Source: Clostridia bacterium
GTDB lineage: Bacteria; Bacillota; Clostridia; UMGS1883
DNA: 61,220 bases
Direction: 5' to 3'
Assembly: GCA_045591865.1 (NCBI GenBank)
Contig: JAZNTQ010000074.1
Coordinates: forward strand, 1-61,220
Made by a program: the position numbers and the translations under genes. Positions 59,451-61,220 of this stretch are shown here, one piece after another; the first letter of the stretch is position 1; the number at the start of each line of letters is the position of its first letter. The notes under the pieces are model-generated. The model was not told where the DNA came from. It worked only from the letters and a program-made list of their open reading frames with translations, and did no database searches.

Positions 59451-60538
59451 TCTCCGTCCAAAAATACATATACGCCTCTTTTTACGCTTGCCATTTTTAC
59501 TGCCGCAACATCGCTTTTAACGGCGTTCTCCACCTCAAGCGAAGAGGGCAGAACGATTGCGGGACGGTACTTTTTATAAGTTTGCGGGGAAACAAGTGCG
59601 AAGCCTCCCACAGAGGTTACAATATACACCTTGTCACTTGTGGTGCTTCTTGTGAAATAGTCCTCATTATTTGTGATATATCTTGCTATACGGTTCTCGA
59701 TAGTTTTGAAATACTCAATATCTTCAAATTCTTCTTTTGAAAGCAAAAAGCAGTGTCTTGAGTCAATAGCATTAAGAGATATGCAGACAAGATTATTTTT
59801 TACTTCCTTTGAAAATTTTCCCCTGAAACCGACCTCAAGGATAAAATCAATATCGCTCCGTGAATAGGTTTCTCTTCCGAAATAATCAAAACATACTCCC
59901 AGCGAGCAGAGGTTTTTTCTCACAAGAGTGACGGTGTTTTTAGAATGATAATCTTTTGCGGCAATGATATACTCAGCTGCGTTTCCATGTTCCTCTATAA
60001 GCATTGTGCTTCCTACTTCGCAGTCGCCGAGTTTTTTTGAATTTGGATCACTGGTGATAATACATATATCTCCCTCTGTAGCCTCTTCGGGAAGAGATGT
60101 GCGGATACTGATATTTCGCATCACCGCTTCTTTGCCATCTGCCTCACTTGCTCTTAAAGCACCTGTGAGAGCTCCTCCCTCTTTTTTAAGGCATGAGGAG
60201 AAAAGAGTATCGGCATATTTATAAATATCCTCTTTCTTTCCCTCGGTATCGTAGATGACAGAGAGCATATCGCCGAGCGCGTCGCGTCCGTCACGTCCGC
60301 GCGGTATGTAAAAAGAAAGCACGGGGTTCTGGGCATCAGTATTATCAAGCTCAACGTGTGCCTCTTCGCTCGGAGAAAGAGTCTGCGTTTCTCCTATGGA
60401 GAGGACGGGAGTAATTCCGTCTTTACCTCTTTCTCCCGTATCCCCCTTTTCGCCCTTTGCACCTGTATCGCCCTTTGCACCTGTGTCGCCTTTATCACCT
60501 TTGTCGCCTTTTATGCGGCCAAGATTAAAGCTTGCCAT
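59426..60538 (-). CDS. phage collagen-repeat fibre-like protein
   Basis: N-terminal MASFNLGRIKGDKGDKGDTGAKGDTGAKGEKGDTGERGKDG (10 G-X-Y triplets), then a globular C-terminal region. Confidence 0.65.
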   Translation of the reverse strand: MASFNLGRIKGDKGDKGDTGAKGDTGAKGEKGDTGERGKDGITPVLSIGETQTLSPSEEAHVELDNTDAQNPVLSFYIPRGRDGRDALGDMLSVIYDTEGKKEDIYKYADTLFSSCLKKEGGALTGALRASEADGKEAVMRNISIRTSLPEEATEGDICIITSDPNSKKLGDCEVGSTMLIEEHGNAAEYIIAAKDYHSKNTVTLVRKNLCSLGVCFDYFGRETYSRSDIDFILEVGFRGKFSKEVKNNLVCISLNAIDSRHCFLLSKEEFEDIEYFKTIENRIARYITNNEDYFTRSTTSDKVYIVTSVGGFALVSPQTYKKYRPAIVLPSSLEVENAVKSDVAAVKMASVKRGVYVFLDGEWKECASL

Positions 60539-60553
60539 ATAGTAGCCCCCTTT

Positions 60554-60838
60554 TTATATATTTCTCTGGGCAGCTTCGGCAAAAAACTCGTCGGACTTAT
60601 TATCCATTAGTCTTGCAGTACGGATATCCTGACGCATAGACTGCATAATCACGTCGGCAAACTTCTTCTTGATTTTAACCTTTCTGCCTCGCGCAATCAC
60701 ACAGCTTTCACCGTTGACCGCCACAAAAACGTTGTCCTTGTAATCCTTGTTGTCGCGGAAAAGCTCGATTTCCACAAGGGTATTTTCATCAAAGTTCTTC
60801 GTCACGGGTTTTTCATTAGTTTTCTTTGTAGTTGCCAT
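60554..60838 (-). CDS. small phage protein following the capsid gene (94 aa)
   Basis: MATTKKTNEKPVTKNFDENT...; ATG 60838 with AAAGGAGGA RBS. Confidence 0.45.
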   Translation of the reverse strand: MATTKKTNEKPVTKNFDENTLVEIELFRDNKDYKDNVFVAVNGESCVIARGRKVKIKKKFADVIMQSMRQDIRTARLMDNKSDEFFAEAAQRNI

Positions 60839-60862
60839 AGAATTTTCCTCCTTTATATTACC

Positions 60863-60891
60863 CCTCTCAGTCAGTTTTGCTGACTGAGAGG
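60863..60891 (-). other. 12-bp perfect stem-loop immediately downstream of the capsid gene
   Basis: CCTCTCAGTCAG-loop-CTGACTGAGAGG. No U-run on the coding (minus) strand, so more likely an mRNA-stability or attenuating hairpin than a full terminator. Confidence 0.5.
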
Positions 60892-60933
60892 TTTTCATTG
60901 TGCATTATGAATTGTGCATTTTGCATTGTGTTA

Positions 60934-61220
60934 TTACATTCCAAAGGTACAAGCTGTTTCGATTCTTACCATATAAGGCTCAACGAGTCTTACTGCTGCC
61001 TTTGTTGCCTTCCAGCCTGCGCTTGCACGCTGATTGAGAGGGTCAGAGGTTCCTGCAGAACCGAGCTGCTTGATGATATGAGTAAGACCGCCGCCTGCAA
61101 TTTCCGTTGTACCATAGGCGTTGTCGCCGATGATAAGAGTTGCGTAAACGTCGCAGCCTTCAAGACCTGCTTCACCCGGGAAAATAACATCTCCGTCTGA
61201 AACTGCGTTTGCAAGAGCGT
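60934..61220 (-). CDS. major capsid protein, N4-gp56/HK97-like family (C-terminal 94 aa; gene continues off the right edge)
   Basis: Not in ORF track. My translation is ...GDNAYGTTEIAGGGLTHIIKQLGSAGTSDPLNQRASAGWKATKAAVRLVEPYMVRIETACTFGM*. The GS.G..DPLNQR...GWK ending matches my recollection of that family. The listed ORF 60990..61214 is another frame and looks spurious. Confidence 0.65.
   Translation of the reverse strand, partial: ALANAVSDGDVIFPGEAGLEGCDVYATLIIGDNAYGTTEIAGGGLTHIIKQLGSAGTSDPLNQRASAGWKATKAAVRLVEPYMVRIETACTFGM

Overview
This 61.2-kb window is chromosomal DNA from a spore-forming Clostridia-class Firmicute. The evidence is spoIVB-spo0A, a PdaA-type deacetylase, a long-form SRP RNA upstream of dnaX-ybaB-recR, and mecA. 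A finer taxonomic call cannot be made from the sequence alone.

Positions 1-49.3 kb are ordinary core genome:
- C1, purine and acetate metabolism: fhs, guaB, pta-ackA.
- Glycolysis: pgk-tpiA-gpmI, plus a GTP-type PEP carboxykinase.
- Translation and RNA: rpmF, rsmA, rlmH, argS, tmcAL, an EF-G paralogue, tRNA-Arg(CCU) and SRP RNA.
- Envelope: murA, murI, cls, an amidase, an S41 peptidase and secDF-yajC.
- Also serC-serA, pncB, and several small XRE regulators and membrane proteins.

Positions 49.3-61.2 kb (and beyond the right edge) are the late/structural and lysis end of a prophage, all on the minus strand:
- C-terminus of an N4-gp56-type major capsid protein.
- Two collagen-repeat fibre proteins.
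- Holin and Amidase_2 endolysin.

Many ORF-track starts are N-terminal over-extensions. I re-set them where an ATG/GTG with a Shine-Dalgarno was readable.

I found no CRISPR array, transposase, integrase, reverse transcriptase or recognisable multi-gene defence system.

The most unusual things I can support from the sequence are:
1. A self-contained nfnAB-type redox operon (own consensus promoter and terminator, bracketed by a 13-bp inverted repeat) embedded in the prophage tail/fibre module.
2. A 272-bp highly structured spacer between pta and ackA, closed by 27-bp imperfect inverted repeats.
3. A GGGGACGGGGCAC / GTCCCCAAnCTGT intergenic repeat family seen at two chromosomal loci, with a related CCCCGTCCCC core inside the prophage.
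4. A structured terminator-containing leader upstream of pncB.

All functional calls come from reading the translations and recalling the families. No database search was run.
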